Positions 49,209 to 58,315 of a stretch of 64,000 bases of DNA are shown here, one piece after another. The notes beneath the pieces were generated by a model, which was given only the letters and a program-made list of their open reading frames with translations, had not been told where the DNA came from and did not search any database. The position numbers and the translations under genes are program-made. The DNA comes from an uncultured virus (IMG/VR IMGVR_UViG_3300020171_000002) (Duplodnaviria > Heunggongvirae > Uroviricota > Caudoviricetes): the IMG/VR virus record IMGVR_UViG_3300020171_000002; one strand, given 5' to 3'. Numbering within the stretch: the stretch's first letter is position 1; each line of letters begins with the position of its first letter.

Positions 49209-49514
49209 TTATCCTTCCTGTACAATATCATAATCAGTAAATCTTGGTTCAAAAAAGTCTTTTAATTTTCCTGTTTTTCTATCCATATGATTCATTATTC
49301 CAAAGATGTCATGATAGAAATTCGAGTCATCAGCATATAGCCAATCTTCTAATCTTAATTTATCATTTTCATAATGGGTTGCTTGAATATCCATTATTAA
49401 ATCAATGTGAGAAAATTTTGGATAAATTGATTGTACTTTTTCAATGGCACGTTTAGTAATTTTTCCTATTAATAATTCATCTTCTAATGGTAAATCCCAA
49501 TTAATTTTTGTCAT
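49209..49514 (-). CDS. Hypothetical phage protein
   Basis: MDIQATH..NFYHDIFGI.NH.DR.TG.L..F.PRF. Confidence 0.6.
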   Translation of the reverse strand: MTKINWDLPLEDELLIGKITKRAIEKVQSIYPKFSHIDLIMDIQATHYENDKLRLEDWLYADDSNFYHDIFGIMNHMDRKTGKLKDFFEPRFTDYDIVQEG

Positions 49515-49562
49515 TTTTATAATCCTTTCTGTTATATCAATTATAATAAAATAAACTTTTTA

Positions 49563-49988
49563 TTAGTATTCTAAATCTTCACCGTTTTCATTTTCATAAG
49601 AAGTATCTATTTCAATATCTCCAAAATGAAATTTTCCATTTTCTTCCCATACCTGGAATGATCTTTTAAAATTATGTTTCACTCCACCATTCATACTATC
49701 ACCATCACAACATTCCATTGACATAATTCCAATTAATCCAGCATCCACACCATACTCATTACCCTTGTTGTCGTAATATTCACCATCACCATATTTTGTT
49801 TTATAAGCAAAGCATAATTGATCATTATATTTAAATAATCCACTTTGCCAATTGGAAGGAAATTTTTCTAATTCTAAACCAAAACAACCTGTACTATCAA
49901 TCAAATCGCTCCAATTTTCATCTTTTACTGCATAGCAAGGATCACCGATCCAATAATCACCAGGCTTTAAAAAATGTTTTTCAGTCAT
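49563..49988 (-). CDS. DUF4241-like hypothetical protein
   Basis: YWIGDPCY, T.YGDGEY, VDAGLIG. Confidence 0.6.
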   Translation of the reverse strand: MTEKHFLKPGDYWIGDPCYAVKDENWSDLIDSTGCFGLELEKFPSNWQSGLFKYNDQLCFAYKTKYGDGEYYDNKGNEYGVDAGLIGIMSMECCDGDSMNGGVKHNFKRSFQVWEENGKFHFGDIEIDTSYENENGEDLEY

Positions 49989-49989
49989 T

Positions 49990-50376
49990 TTATTCCTCCT
50001 CATTATAAAATTTGTTATTATCTAAAATTTCTTGATTGATTTCATTAATGGCATTTAGAATATCACCTTCTGTTTTTATTTCTACACCATATTCGCCTAA
50101 TTCATATAAATCTGTTTGACCACCTTCTAAGTTATCCCAATCAATAACGGTAAAATCAGTGTTCTCAGAAGTTGACCAAATATCCTGTACTAAACCACCA
50201 TTTACATCAATTAAAACTTGTTCTTTTTTTCTATTGATTGTTATTTCAACATTGGTATTACATCCAAATAAAATATCCATTCTGTTATTTAATTTATTCC
50301 AATCTGTTATGATTATTCCTGATCCAATTAAACTTCTCAATAAATCACTTACTTTAGTTTTCGGATTACTTGTCAT
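49990..50376 (-). CDS. Hypothetical protein
   Basis: ORF with RBS. Confidence 0.55.
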   Translation of the reverse strand: MTSNPKTKVSDLLRSLIGSGIIITDWNKLNNRMDILFGCNTNVEITINRKKEQVLIDVNGGLVQDIWSTSENTDFTVIDWDNLEGGQTDLYELGEYGVEIKTEGDILNAINEINQEILDNNKFYNEEE

Positions 50377-50394
50377 TTTTATTTTTCCTTTCTG

Positions 50395-50658
50395 TTAGTT
50401 ATAAAAATTAGCACAATTTTGATGATCAAAGAGTATAATCAAAGTGTTATCTTCTGATTTATATTCCCATCCAACAAGTTCAAGATTGCTGTCGATAAGT
50501 TCATTAACAAAATGATAGTTATTCATAGAAAAATAAAATTCAATATTTTTCATTATATAAAGATCAGAAATTTTATCTTCAATGGTACTAAAATTTATTA
50601 TTGTTTGTTTATCGTTCATATATTTTATTGGCGTATATCTCAAGTTGATTACAGTCAT
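50395..50658 (-). CDS. Hypothetical protein
   Basis: ORF downstream of a promoter. Confidence 0.5.
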   Translation of the reverse strand: MTVINLRYTPIKYMNDKQTIINFSTIEDKISDLYIMKNIEFYFSMNNYHFVNELIDSNLELVGWEYKSEDNTLIILFDHQNCANFYN

Positions 50659-50683
50659 TATTTTGTTATCTCCTTTATTATTG

Positions 50684-50711
50684 ATTATAGCGACTAATTT
50701 TCAAATTACAA
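50684..50711 (-). promoter_or_regulatory. Promoter TTGTAA-N16-TATAAT
   Basis: Member of the 16-nt-spacer family. Confidence 0.6.
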
Positions 50712-50730
50712 TAGGCAATTTTCTATTTAA

Positions 50731-50946
50731 TTAATTCCAATATTTTAATGCTTGAATTTCATTTATTTTAATTATAGTTATTGATTCTTCCATTTCATCA
50801 GCTATCCATAAAAATCCTTCTTTATCTTTTGTAAAAAGATTTATAAAATTATTGAAAGCATCAGAAGTTATTCTTCTTTCTATTTGAATTCCACCTTTCA
50901 TATAAAAAATACATTTAATTCTCTTTTCATTTTTGTTATTCATCAT
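50731..50946 (-). CDS. Hypothetical protein
   Basis: ORF with RBS. Confidence 0.5.
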   Translation of the reverse strand: MMNNKNEKRIKCIFYMKGGIQIERRITSDAFNNFINLFTKDKEGFLWIADEMEESITIIKINEIQALKYWN

Positions 50947-50986
50947 ATATCCTTTCTAATAAAATAGATTTTTTATTGGTTGACTG

Positions 50987-51547
50987 TTATTCAATAATTT
51001 CATAATTTCTTTTTTCTTCCTGGAAAATATTCTTAAGGATATCGTCCCTTCCTTCCTGTGAAATAAAGTTTAATTTATATCCATCAATAATGAAACAAAT
51101 TGTCTTTACAGTAAAACTTCCTTTTCTATAAAGATAATTATTTAAATTTCTTAATGTTTTTTGTTTGTCTAATTTTGTAGTGTCAATTACTCTTGAATGT
51201 TTTACTGTCATTTCATAATTTTCATCAATGGATATTTCAACCATTTCATTCTTATCATGCAATTTAAGGGATTCTAACAGTTGTTTTACTGGTATAATGG
51301 CATAAAACGCATCATGACCATTGAAAATCTTTGAATTAGCTGTTAAATAGGTTTTAAAATTTTTGTTATCCTTATCATCAACGAATAATCCATCAGTTTT
51401 ATATAAACAAATTCTTTTGTTGGTTTCTTCCAATGGACTGTACTCAAATAATAAATAATTTTTTACTGAATCCTGTCTACCATGAGACTTGATTTCTTTT
51501 TCTAATTTTGTTATTGCATTTATTAATTGAAAGTTATGAATATACAT
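50987..51547 (-). CDS. Hypothetical protein
   Basis: 186 aa ORF. Confidence 0.55.
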   Translation of the reverse strand: MYIHNFQLINAITKLEKEIKSHGRQDSVKNYLLFEYSPLEETNKRICLYKTDGLFVDDKDNKNFKTYLTANSKIFNGHDAFYAIIPVKQLLESLKLHDKNEMVEISIDENYEMTVKHSRVIDTTKLDKQKTLRNLNNYLYRKGSFTVKTICFIIDGYKLNFISQEGRDDILKNIFQEEKRNYEIIE

Positions 51548-51564
51548 TTTCCTATTCCTTTCTG

Positions 51565-51747
51565 TTATCTTTTCTGATATCCCAATGATCTTAATTCTTT
51601 AATTTTGTTATTCAATTTTTTTATATTTGAAAAAATATAAATTCCGAAAAATGGACTACCATCTTTATGCGTTTGAATTCCATCATGAAAATTTAAGAGA
51701 TATTTTACTTTTCCAACATTATTTTGAATATAAAATGTTTTATCCAT
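51565..51747 (-). CDS. Hypothetical protein
   Basis: ORF with GAGG RBS. Confidence 0.55.
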   Translation of the reverse strand: MDKTFYIQNNVGKVKYLLNFHDGIQTHKDGSPFFGIYIFSNIKKLNNKIKELRSLGYQKR

Positions 51748-52294
51748 TGTTTACCTCTTTTACAAATTTAATATCTGATTGTATATGTTTAAATGTATGA
51801 TCGGATCGTATAGGCATAACTGTTGCAACATAAGTTCCAGAAGGCATATTATTAGAACGTAATACAATTTGAATGGGTCTATCGTTAGTAATTAAATTAA
51901 TATCAACTTGATCAAATCCATTAATGGCACTACACAAAAATGTAGGATTTATACTGATAAAAGTTTGAGCATCTGTTATTGGTTTATCATAATCAGTAAG
52001 AATAACAGAAATATCAGGAAAAGTAACATCATCAATCTTTATAAGTGCAATAGATTTTTTTGTTATAGTAACAGGTTGCCAAATTCCATCAGGAAGTTCG
52101 GCATGCAAAGGTTGATTGAGTTTAGCAACTACTAATTTAAATCCATCGGTAGCTTCAAAAACTGTTCCATTATTTTTAATATGAATACCAGTCCAGGATT
52201 CTCTCATTTTATCTGTAGACACGTTATTTTTCAGCCATTTAAGAAGATTATACATCTCATTTGTTACATCCAAAGTTTGAAATATTGTAGCCAT
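51740..52294 (-). CDS. Truncated beta-clamp (DnaN)-like protein
   Basis: STDKMRESWTGIH, ATDGFKL, FPD, INPTFL, VMPIR. Confidence 0.65.
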   Translation of the reverse strand: MATIFQTLDVTNEMYNLLKWLKNNVSTDKMRESWTGIHIKNNGTVFEATDGFKLVVAKLNQPLHAELPDGIWQPVTITKKSIALIKIDDVTFPDISVILTDYDKPITDAQTFISINPTFLCSAINGFDQVDINLITNDRPIQIVLRSNNMPSGTYVATVMPIRSDHTFKHIQSDIKFVKEVNNG

Positions 52295-52336
52295 TTTTTT
52301 TAATTCCTTTCTGTTATTTCTAATAAAACAATCTTT

Positions 52337-52678
52337 TTATTGGTTTGATAAATCCCATAAATCAATATAATCAGATAATACTAATTTTTTACAATCTTCA
52401 GGTAAATCATCAAACTTAATCTTTTTACCTAAATGAGAATAAGCTGGTCTATCAATGGGATAATCAGAATAACCATATTGACCAAATCCTTGAGGATGAT
52501 AAGGATTACTATTCATTGATAAATCTATAAAATCACCATTGGTTTTATGAGTATATCTACCAGTGAAAACTACAGTATATCTATCTATTGTTAAACCTTG
52601 ATTATCATAACATCTAATATATCTTGGTTTTCCTTCAGGTAATAAACTGTCATATCTTTCTTGTTGTTTTTTATTCAT
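52337..52678 (-). CDS. Hypothetical phage protein
   Basis: YDN.G.T.DRYTVV..HLGKKI.F.DLP. Confidence 0.6.
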   Translation of the reverse strand: MNKKQQERYDSLLPEGKPRYIRCYDNQGLTIDRYTVVFTGRYTHKTNGDFIDLSMNSNPYHPQGFGQYGYSDYPIDRPAYSHLGKKIKFDDLPEDCKKLVLSDYIDLWDLSNQ

Positions 52679-52728
52679 TTTAGTGTCTCCTATTTTTATT
52701 TCTGTTATTGTTATTTATTTCTACTTTT

Positions 52729-52756
52729 ATTATAACAAGTTTTTTGTTATTTACAA
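52729..52756 (-). promoter_or_regulatory. Promoter TTGTAA-N16-TATAAT
   Basis: Member of the 16-nt-spacer family. Confidence 0.6.
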
Positions 52757-52767
52757 TAGCCAATTTT

Positions 52768-53025
52768 TTATTTTCTTACTACATATGGAGAATGACCATA
52801 TAATAATTTATAAACTGTTTCAAATCCTCTGTTATTGGTTGGTATAAATAAGAATCGATTAGATTCTTTTTTATCCATTTCACCATATACATCGCTTGAA
52901 AATCTATTAAATCCTCCAATATATTTATATTCATCGATAAACTTATAGTAAGATTTAATACTACTCATTTTTACTGTTATTTTTCTTCTGTTATCATCTT
53001 CGCCATAAAAAAATACTTTGATCAT
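52768..53025 (-). CDS. Hypothetical protein
   Basis: ORF; start moved to the ATG after GAGG. Confidence 0.5.
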   Translation of the reverse strand: MIKVFFYGEDDNRRKITVKMSSIKSYYKFIDEYKYIGGFNRFSSDVYGEMDKKESNRFLFIPTNNRGFETVYKLLYGHSPYVVRK

Positions 53026-53039
53026 TTTGTTATTCCTCT

Positions 53040-53399
53040 CTATCTTACTTCCCATTGAAAATCATCATAACCAGGTAATTTATTAATACAAATATCCCTA
53101 ATATCATCTAAAATCTTTCTTGCGTTTGATCTTTTCCATGTGTTATGTTCACAGGATTGATAATCAAGACAATTGATTGCCTTTAATACTTGAATAGGAT
53201 TAATGTTTCTTACCTGTTCAAAAATATATTTATATGGTTGATTAGATTCATTATATCGATAATTAACACTTTTAAAATTTTCATCAACTAAGGTTTGACC
53301 AGTTTTATTTAAAAATTCTTTAGTGAATAACGGATTATCGTTATATAAAACTGTTACGATATAATCAATATGTTTTTTGTTTACAATAAATGCGCTCAT
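53040..53399 (-). CDS. Hypothetical phage protein
   Basis: MSAFIV..HI..EN..SVNYRY..CLDYQSCE; AGGAG RBS. Confidence 0.6.
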   Translation of the reverse strand: MSAFIVNKKHIDYIVTVLYNDNPLFTKEFLNKTGQTLVDENFKSVNYRYNESNQPYKYIFEQVRNINPIQVLKAINCLDYQSCEHNTWKRSNARKILDDIRDICINKLPGYDDFQWEVR

Positions 53400-53442
53400 T
53401 TTAAAAATCTCCTTTTTGTTTTCTGTTATTGTTATTTTAATT

Positions 53443-53688
53443 TTAATATCTTTTTCCACATTCAGTTAATTTAATTTCATAAGCTTTTTTTCCTAATTCA
53501 AAATATATAAATCCTGTTTCTTTATTTTCAGTCCAGGTAACAAATTGATTTTTAATTTTGCTTTTTGGAAAAGTAGGATATTTATTATCTTCTAAATCAG
53601 CTAAACCAGCAATTTCATCATATAACATGTCAATTAAATCTTTTGGCGTTATTTTGTTGATTCCTTTTTTCAATTCTTTATTGGTCAT
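53443..53688 (-). CDS. Hypothetical protein
   Basis: ORF with RBS. Confidence 0.5.
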   Translation of the reverse strand: MTNKELKKGINKITPKDLIDMLYDEIAGLADLEDNKYPTFPKSKIKNQFVTWTENKETGFIYFELGKKAYEIKLTECGKRY

Positions 53689-53743
53689 TCTGTTATTCCT
53701 TTTTTCCTGATAAAATTAACCTTTTATTGGTTTTATGTTTCTG

Positions 53744-53965
53744 TTATGATAGAATTGATTTAATTTCTTTTCTGTGTAGGATTACACTAACAAGAATATC
53801 TGTTTCATCAATGGTATGTTCTACTTCAAAAAGTTTTTCTCCATTATGATCAAAAATATCTCTTACAATTCCTTTTCTTATATCGCCATAAAATTTTCCT
53901 TCAGGTTTATTAAAATATCGATATAATATTTCACTTCCAATTTTTAAGGTTTTTCTTGTTTTCAT
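53744..53965 (-). CDS. Hypothetical protein
   Basis: ORF with RBS. Confidence 0.5.
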   Translation of the reverse strand: MKTRKTLKIGSEILYRYFNKPEGKFYGDIRKGIVRDIFDHNGEKLFEVEHTIDETDILVSVILHRKEIKSILS

Positions 53966-53982
53966 TCTGTTATTATCCTTTT

Positions 53983-54315
53983 CTAATTTGCTTGACCGTA
54001 TCTTAATATTTGAGATTTTACAGCATGATCAAAAACTTCTATTCTCGATCCAACATTATCTACATTAAACCAATTATGAATTTTTTCATAACATTCTTTT
54101 TTACTATCAACATATGAAATAAATCCCATACCAGTATCAAATTCTGATATTTGCCATGCAGGATTTTTGGCATTATTTTTTATTGACAACCAGGTTTTAT
54201 GTACTAAAAATTTATATCCCATATATTCATAAAGATAAGCAGGAATTTTTTCCAAATTAGAAATATCACCATTTTTTTTGTTATGAATTCTTATATTGTA
54301 ATAATTTGTTTTCAT
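53983..54315 (-). CDS. Hypothetical protein
   Basis: ORF with RBS. Confidence 0.5.
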   Translation of the reverse strand: MKTNYYNIRIHNKKNGDISNLEKIPAYLYEYMGYKFLVHKTWLSIKNNAKNPAWQISEFDTGMGFISYVDSKKECYEKIHNWFNVDNVGSRIEVFDHAVKSQILRYGQAN

Positions 54316-54608
54316 TCTGTTATTTCCTTTTCTAATTTATTTAATTTTTCAATAGCATGATTTAATTTATTTAAAGATTTTTTAATTCTTTCTAATTCTT
54401 TTTTATATGGATAATAATTTCCCAATTGTTTTAATGATTTTTCTAATTTATCAATTTTTTCGATATATAGATTTTTCAATTCTTCAGGTTTATTAATTTT
54501 CCAAATATCTTTTGGCGTTTCTATTCCTCGAATAATATTATCATCTTTATCTAAGTAAAAATTCTGATATTTTTTGTTATAAAATTCTAATTCCCATTTG
54601 TCTAACAT
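54312..54608 (-). CDS. Hypothetical protein
   Basis: ORF with RBS. Confidence 0.5.
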   Translation of the reverse strand: MLDKWELEFYNKKYQNFYLDKDDNIIRGIETPKDIWKINKPEELKNLYIEKIDKLEKSLKQLGNYYPYKKELERIKKSLNKLNHAIEKLNKLEKEITE

Positions 54609-54661
54609 TTTATTTTTCCTTTTTTCTGATAAAATTTTGATTTTATTTTTTTGATCTGTTA

Positions 54662-55045
54662 TTATATTTCAATTTCTTGTCGTAAAGCATAATCAAAAAT
54701 TTCATATAAATAATCTTTAATTTCTCTCTTGTTTCTTCCAGTAATCCATAAAGAAAAATCATTATATAAATCAGGAATAACAGTTAATTTATAATCAATC
54801 CATCCATCATACATACCGCAATCATCCATAAAGTGAAAAGAAAAATTGAAAATTAATTTGTTAGGTTTAGATTTTTCAAAATCTAATTCAATTCCTGCAT
54901 CGATTCCACTTCCTGAAGGAAGTTGATCAACCAGTTTATTTAATTTTTCTTCATGCTTATCTTTCCAGGTAATATTATTTGTTTCAATACATCTTTGGTA
55001 TGCTTGCAATGTTCCTGCAATATGTTTATATAATTTGTTATTCAT
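54662..55045 (-). CDS. Hypothetical phage protein
   Basis: LPSGSGID..FHFMD..G.YDGW. Confidence 0.6.
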   Translation of the reverse strand: MNNKLYKHIAGTLQAYQRCIETNNITWKDKHEEKLNKLVDQLPSGSGIDAGIELDFEKSKPNKLIFNFSFHFMDDCGMYDGWIDYKLTVIPDLYNDFSLWITGRNKREIKDYLYEIFDYALRQEIEI

Positions 55046-55094
55046 TTTTTAATCTCCTATTTTTTTTATTTAAATATTTTTTATTTCTATACTG

Positions 55095-55122
55095 ATTATA
55101 GCAATTTATAAATAAATGTCAA
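55095..55122 (-). promoter_or_regulatory. Promoter TTGACA-N16-TATAAT
   Basis: Consensus hexamers. Confidence 0.75.
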
Positions 55123-55323
55123 TAGATTTTGATACAATGATACAATCGTTAACAATCTGTTAACATTCCAATTCCAGGTAATAATTATTAAATAAAATAC
55201 TGTTTTCATTGGTTTTTTATTGTTCATTTTTAGCCATTTTCAGCGTTTTTAAATTATGATCTGTTATTTTATATCTGTTATTATGTAAAGTGTTTTATTG
55301 TGCTTTAAATTGTGCTTAAAATA

Positions 55324-55362
55324 GAATATGGCATATTTTTTTTGATTTTATATGCCATATTC
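55324..55362. terminator. Hairpin / terminator
   Basis: GAATATGGCATAT / ATATGCCATATTC 13-bp inverted repeat. Confidence 0.6.
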
Positions 55363-55403
55363 GAGGGAGGAGAAGAAAATGTTTAATTATTTTTTGTTAT
55401 TTT

Positions 55404-55781
55404 TTAACATGCTAATCTTGTTATTTTGTCAATGTCATTAACTTGAATATTATTATATTTAATACAATCAGGACAAATTGAATCAACATTAAAGCCAACA
55501 TGATGATCAAATTTTAATAATATTGTATTATGTAACATTGAATTATTATAATAATTTGTTTTAAAATTATATGTCAAAAATAATCTTACAATTTGATTAG
55601 ATTCTGTAGGTTGCGCAGAATAATTATTCCAGGAATCTTTAACAAATTTTAAACCTGTATTTTCTTCAATGTGATTTAATGCTATTGGATTAAAATTATT
55701 TGTTAAAATTTTAATTTTTGGCAAATTGATTGTATATTGTTTATTGTTTCCATTATATAAATTTAATTTTTCTTCAGCCAT
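55404..55781 (-). CDS. Hypothetical protein
   Basis: ORF with GGAG RBS. Confidence 0.55.
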   Translation of the reverse strand: MAEEKLNLYNGNNKQYTINLPKIKILTNNFNPIALNHIEENTGLKFVKDSWNNYSAQPTESNQIVRLFLTYNFKTNYYNNSMLHNTILLKFDHHVGFNVDSICPDCIKYNNIQVNDIDKITRLAC

Positions 55782-55798
55782 TTTATTTTCTCCAATTG

Positions 55799-55984
55799 TT
55801 ATTTTATTCTATCATTTTGTTTTTTAATATTTTTAATTAATTCCAATGCTTCCCTTAAATCAGGATGATTTATGTTTCCAATTCCCAAATTTCTAATCAA
55901 CCAATTAAAATCATTTTTTCTTAATTCTGGAATATTCATAGTATTTAATATTTCTTTTAATCTTAATTCTTCCCATGTTTCCAT
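55799..55984 (-). CDS. Hypothetical protein
   Basis: ORF with RBS. Confidence 0.5.
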   Translation of the reverse strand: METWEELRLKEILNTMNIPELRKNDFNWLIRNLGIGNINHPDLREALELIKNIKKQNDRIK

Positions 55985-55996
55985 TTTGTTTATTCC

Positions 55997-56028
55997 TTAT
56001 CTGTTATCTGTTATCTGTTATCTGTTAT
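55997..56028. repeat. Tandem repeat (TTATCTG) x4.5
   Basis: Read from sequence. Confidence 0.9.
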
Positions 56029-56481
56029 GCTTAGGAAAATTATATATATTCTTTTTCCAGGTATTTTGTTTTTTAATTTCATATTGTATTATTTTATTTT
56101 TAATAATTTCAATAATTATAATATAAAAAATACCAATAAATACCATTATAGCCACAAAAAATCCTGAAGTATCCATTTTTAATTTTCCTTTTCTTGTAAT
56201 AATAAGATATAAGTTAATAATTTTTTATTTTCTTTTTCCTTGCGATTCTTTTTTAATTCTTTCGTTTCTTTTTTTGTTTTCATTTTTTTAATCCTTTTTT
56301 ATTTTAGATTATATTATTTTTAATCAACAATTGCAATATAAAAAAATAACCATTTATAAGCTGGAGGATTTGATTTTAATGTTAATCTTTTCGGTAAAAT
56401 ATAATTATAAATTTTGTTGTTGTGCATCCTATGTATACCAATTTTAATTTTTTTCATGATTTATTATTCCTTATTTTCTAA

Positions 56482-56682
56482 TTATGGTTTGTTATTATCA
56501 TTATTAATTTTAAGATTATTTAAGCATATTGGACAAATATCATCATATTTTTTAACGTCATTGTATGATTGTTTAAAATAAGCTTGATTTAATTCTTTTT
56601 CAGATAATCTACAAAATGATTTAAAGGTTTTTTGATCTTCCAGGTGGATTATAATATTAATTTTATTATTGTTATCATTCAT
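56482..56682 (-). CDS. Hypothetical protein
   Basis: ORF with RBS. Confidence 0.45.
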   Translation of the reverse strand: MNDNNNKINIIIHLEDQKTFKSFCRLSEKELNQAYFKQSYNDVKKYDDICPICLNNLKINNDNNKP

Positions 56683-56696
56683 TTTTTAATTCCTTT

Positions 56697-56930
56697 TTAA
56701 TTGTAAAATCCTACTTCATTAATATTAAGATAATAACAAGCTTGCAAATTATTATCAGTTATAAAATTTTCTTTTCCTTCAATTTCAATTTGAAATTTTA
56801 TAAAGTGATTAATTTTAACTTTTTTGTTATCAATAGTATATAAATTTTCATTGTCAATATAGTCAAGTACATTATTATTATATGGATTAAAATTAATTTG
56901 TTGAAATGTTTTTTTCTTATTTTCTATCAT
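56697..56930 (-). CDS. Hypothetical protein
   Basis: ORF with RBS. Confidence 0.45.
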   Translation of the reverse strand: MIENKKKTFQQINFNPYNNNVLDYIDNENLYTIDNKKVKINHFIKFQIEIEGKENFITDNNLQACYYLNINEVGFYN

Positions 56931-56985
56931 GATATAATTCCTTTTTTTTGATCTGTTATTTGTTTATTTATTTTATTTTCTGATC

Positions 56986-57023
56986 ATTGGCATTATAAAA
57001 ATTATTATAATCATAATGCCAAT
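56986..57023. terminator. Hairpin / terminator
   Basis: ATTGGCATTAT / ATAATGCCAAT 11-bp inverted repeat. Confidence 0.55.
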
Positions 57024-57046
57024 AATCAACTAATAAAATATAATTT

Positions 57047-57649
57047 TTATTGTCTCATGTTATATTGTTCTTTTATTTCATTTTCAAATTTTCCATAATC
57101 AACCAGGAATTTATTAACATACTTCCCAAAATATCTATTATTAACTTTCATAATGCAAGCGTGAATTTTAAAATCTTTGGCTTCCATAATTAGAAAATGT
57201 TTTCCGTTAAATTTCATAGGCGGTAAGCATTCAAGCTGATCATAATAATTCGATTCTGAAATTTCAACCCATAAATTTATTTTATTGTTAAAATTATAAT
57301 CCAGGCTATACTCTCCAGTATATAACCATAAATTGTTAAAATCACGTTGTAATTGATTTTTAAGATGATCTTCCATTGTTAAAGGTTTTTCAGGAAGTAT
57401 TAAAAATTCCTGAAAATCAATTAAAAATGGTTTTTGTGATTCTAAAAATTCCTTCATGTCATTTTCATTTTTAAAAAATTCATTCCAAAAATTAAAACCA
57501 GAATTTTTATATTTAAAATATAACATATGAGTTTTAATTTCATTATTGATCATGATATATTTTTTATCAAGTATAAACATAAATTCAATAGTAGAATTTT
57601 TTGGCAATAAATCTTTATTTTTTAATTCCTGAATTGTTATTGTTTTCAT
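57047..57649 (-). CDS. Hypothetical protein
   Basis: 200 aa ORF; W.EISE..Y..LECLPP. Confidence 0.55.
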   Translation of the reverse strand: MKTITIQELKNKDLLPKNSTIEFMFILDKKYIMINNEIKTHMLYFKYKNSGFNFWNEFFKNENDMKEFLESQKPFLIDFQEFLILPEKPLTMEDHLKNQLQRDFNNLWLYTGEYSLDYNFNNKINLWVEISESNYYDQLECLPPMKFNGKHFLIMEAKDFKIHACIMKVNNRYFGKYVNKFLVDYGKFENEIKEQYNMRQ

Positions 57650-57695
57650 TTTGTTATTTTCCTTATTTGATCATTATTTTCTGTTATTAAAAATT

Positions 57696-57989
57696 TTATC
57701 GATTTTTAAAATAATTTTCTTCATACCAGGATGGATAAATTTCTTTATTTTTAATCTGCACAAAATAATTATTTTTGTTATAATATGGTTTTCTACCGCA
57801 GATATTAATATTTTTTTGATCTGTTCGATTCCTTGCGTTGTCTTCCACTATTCGAGCGTCTTTTAAGGATTCACATTCGAAAACAAGTTTATTAATTTTA
57901 TTTTCTGATCTTCCCCAATTACTCATAAATTTGTCAGTCATTGTTACCCAAAATTTAATTTTTTGTTCATTTGTTATTTGTTCAGTCAT
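57696..57989 (-). CDS. Hypothetical phage protein
   Basis: VTMTDKFMS.WG. Confidence 0.6.
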   Translation of the reverse strand: MTEQITNEQKIKFWVTMTDKFMSNWGRSENKINKLVFECESLKDARIVEDNARNRTDQKNINICGRKPYYNKNNYFVQIKNKEIYPSWYEENYFKNR

Positions 57990-58053
57990 TTTATTTTATC
58001 CTTTTTTTATTTTCTGTTATTTGAAAATTATTTTCTGTTATTTCTATAATTCC

Positions 58054-58081
58054 AGTATAGCGATTTTTTTTCAATTGTCAA
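58054..58081 (-). promoter_or_regulatory. Promoter TTGACA-N16-TATACT
   Basis: Member of the 16-nt-spacer family. Confidence 0.7.
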
Positions 58082-58123
58082 TAGATTTTGATACAATGAT
58101 ATAATTGTTAACAATTGGATTTT

Positions 58124-58315
58124 TTAATATCCTATATAGGGATTGCATCCTTTAATTTTTTCAGGTTTTTCCCTTATAATTGCATTTTTAGAATTTAAAT
58201 AAATTTTATCAATTTCAAATTCTTTAATACAATTTTCCAACATGCCAGTATATAAAATAATAAAATTTTCCCAATTATTTTTATATACAATTTCATATAT
58301 TTTTTGATTTTCCAT
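58124..58315 (-). CDS. Hypothetical protein
   Basis: ORF with RBS. Confidence 0.45.
   Translation of the reverse strand: MENQKIYEIVYKNNWENFIILYTGMLENCIKEFEIDKIYLNSKNAIIREKPEKIKGCNPYIGY

Noticed and set aside
434..58104. Short plus-strand ORFs in the track (e.g. 434-634, 3438-3674, 38831-39166, 44452-44763)
   Set aside because: Antisense shadows of well-supported minus-strand genes, with no RBS or recognisable motifs.
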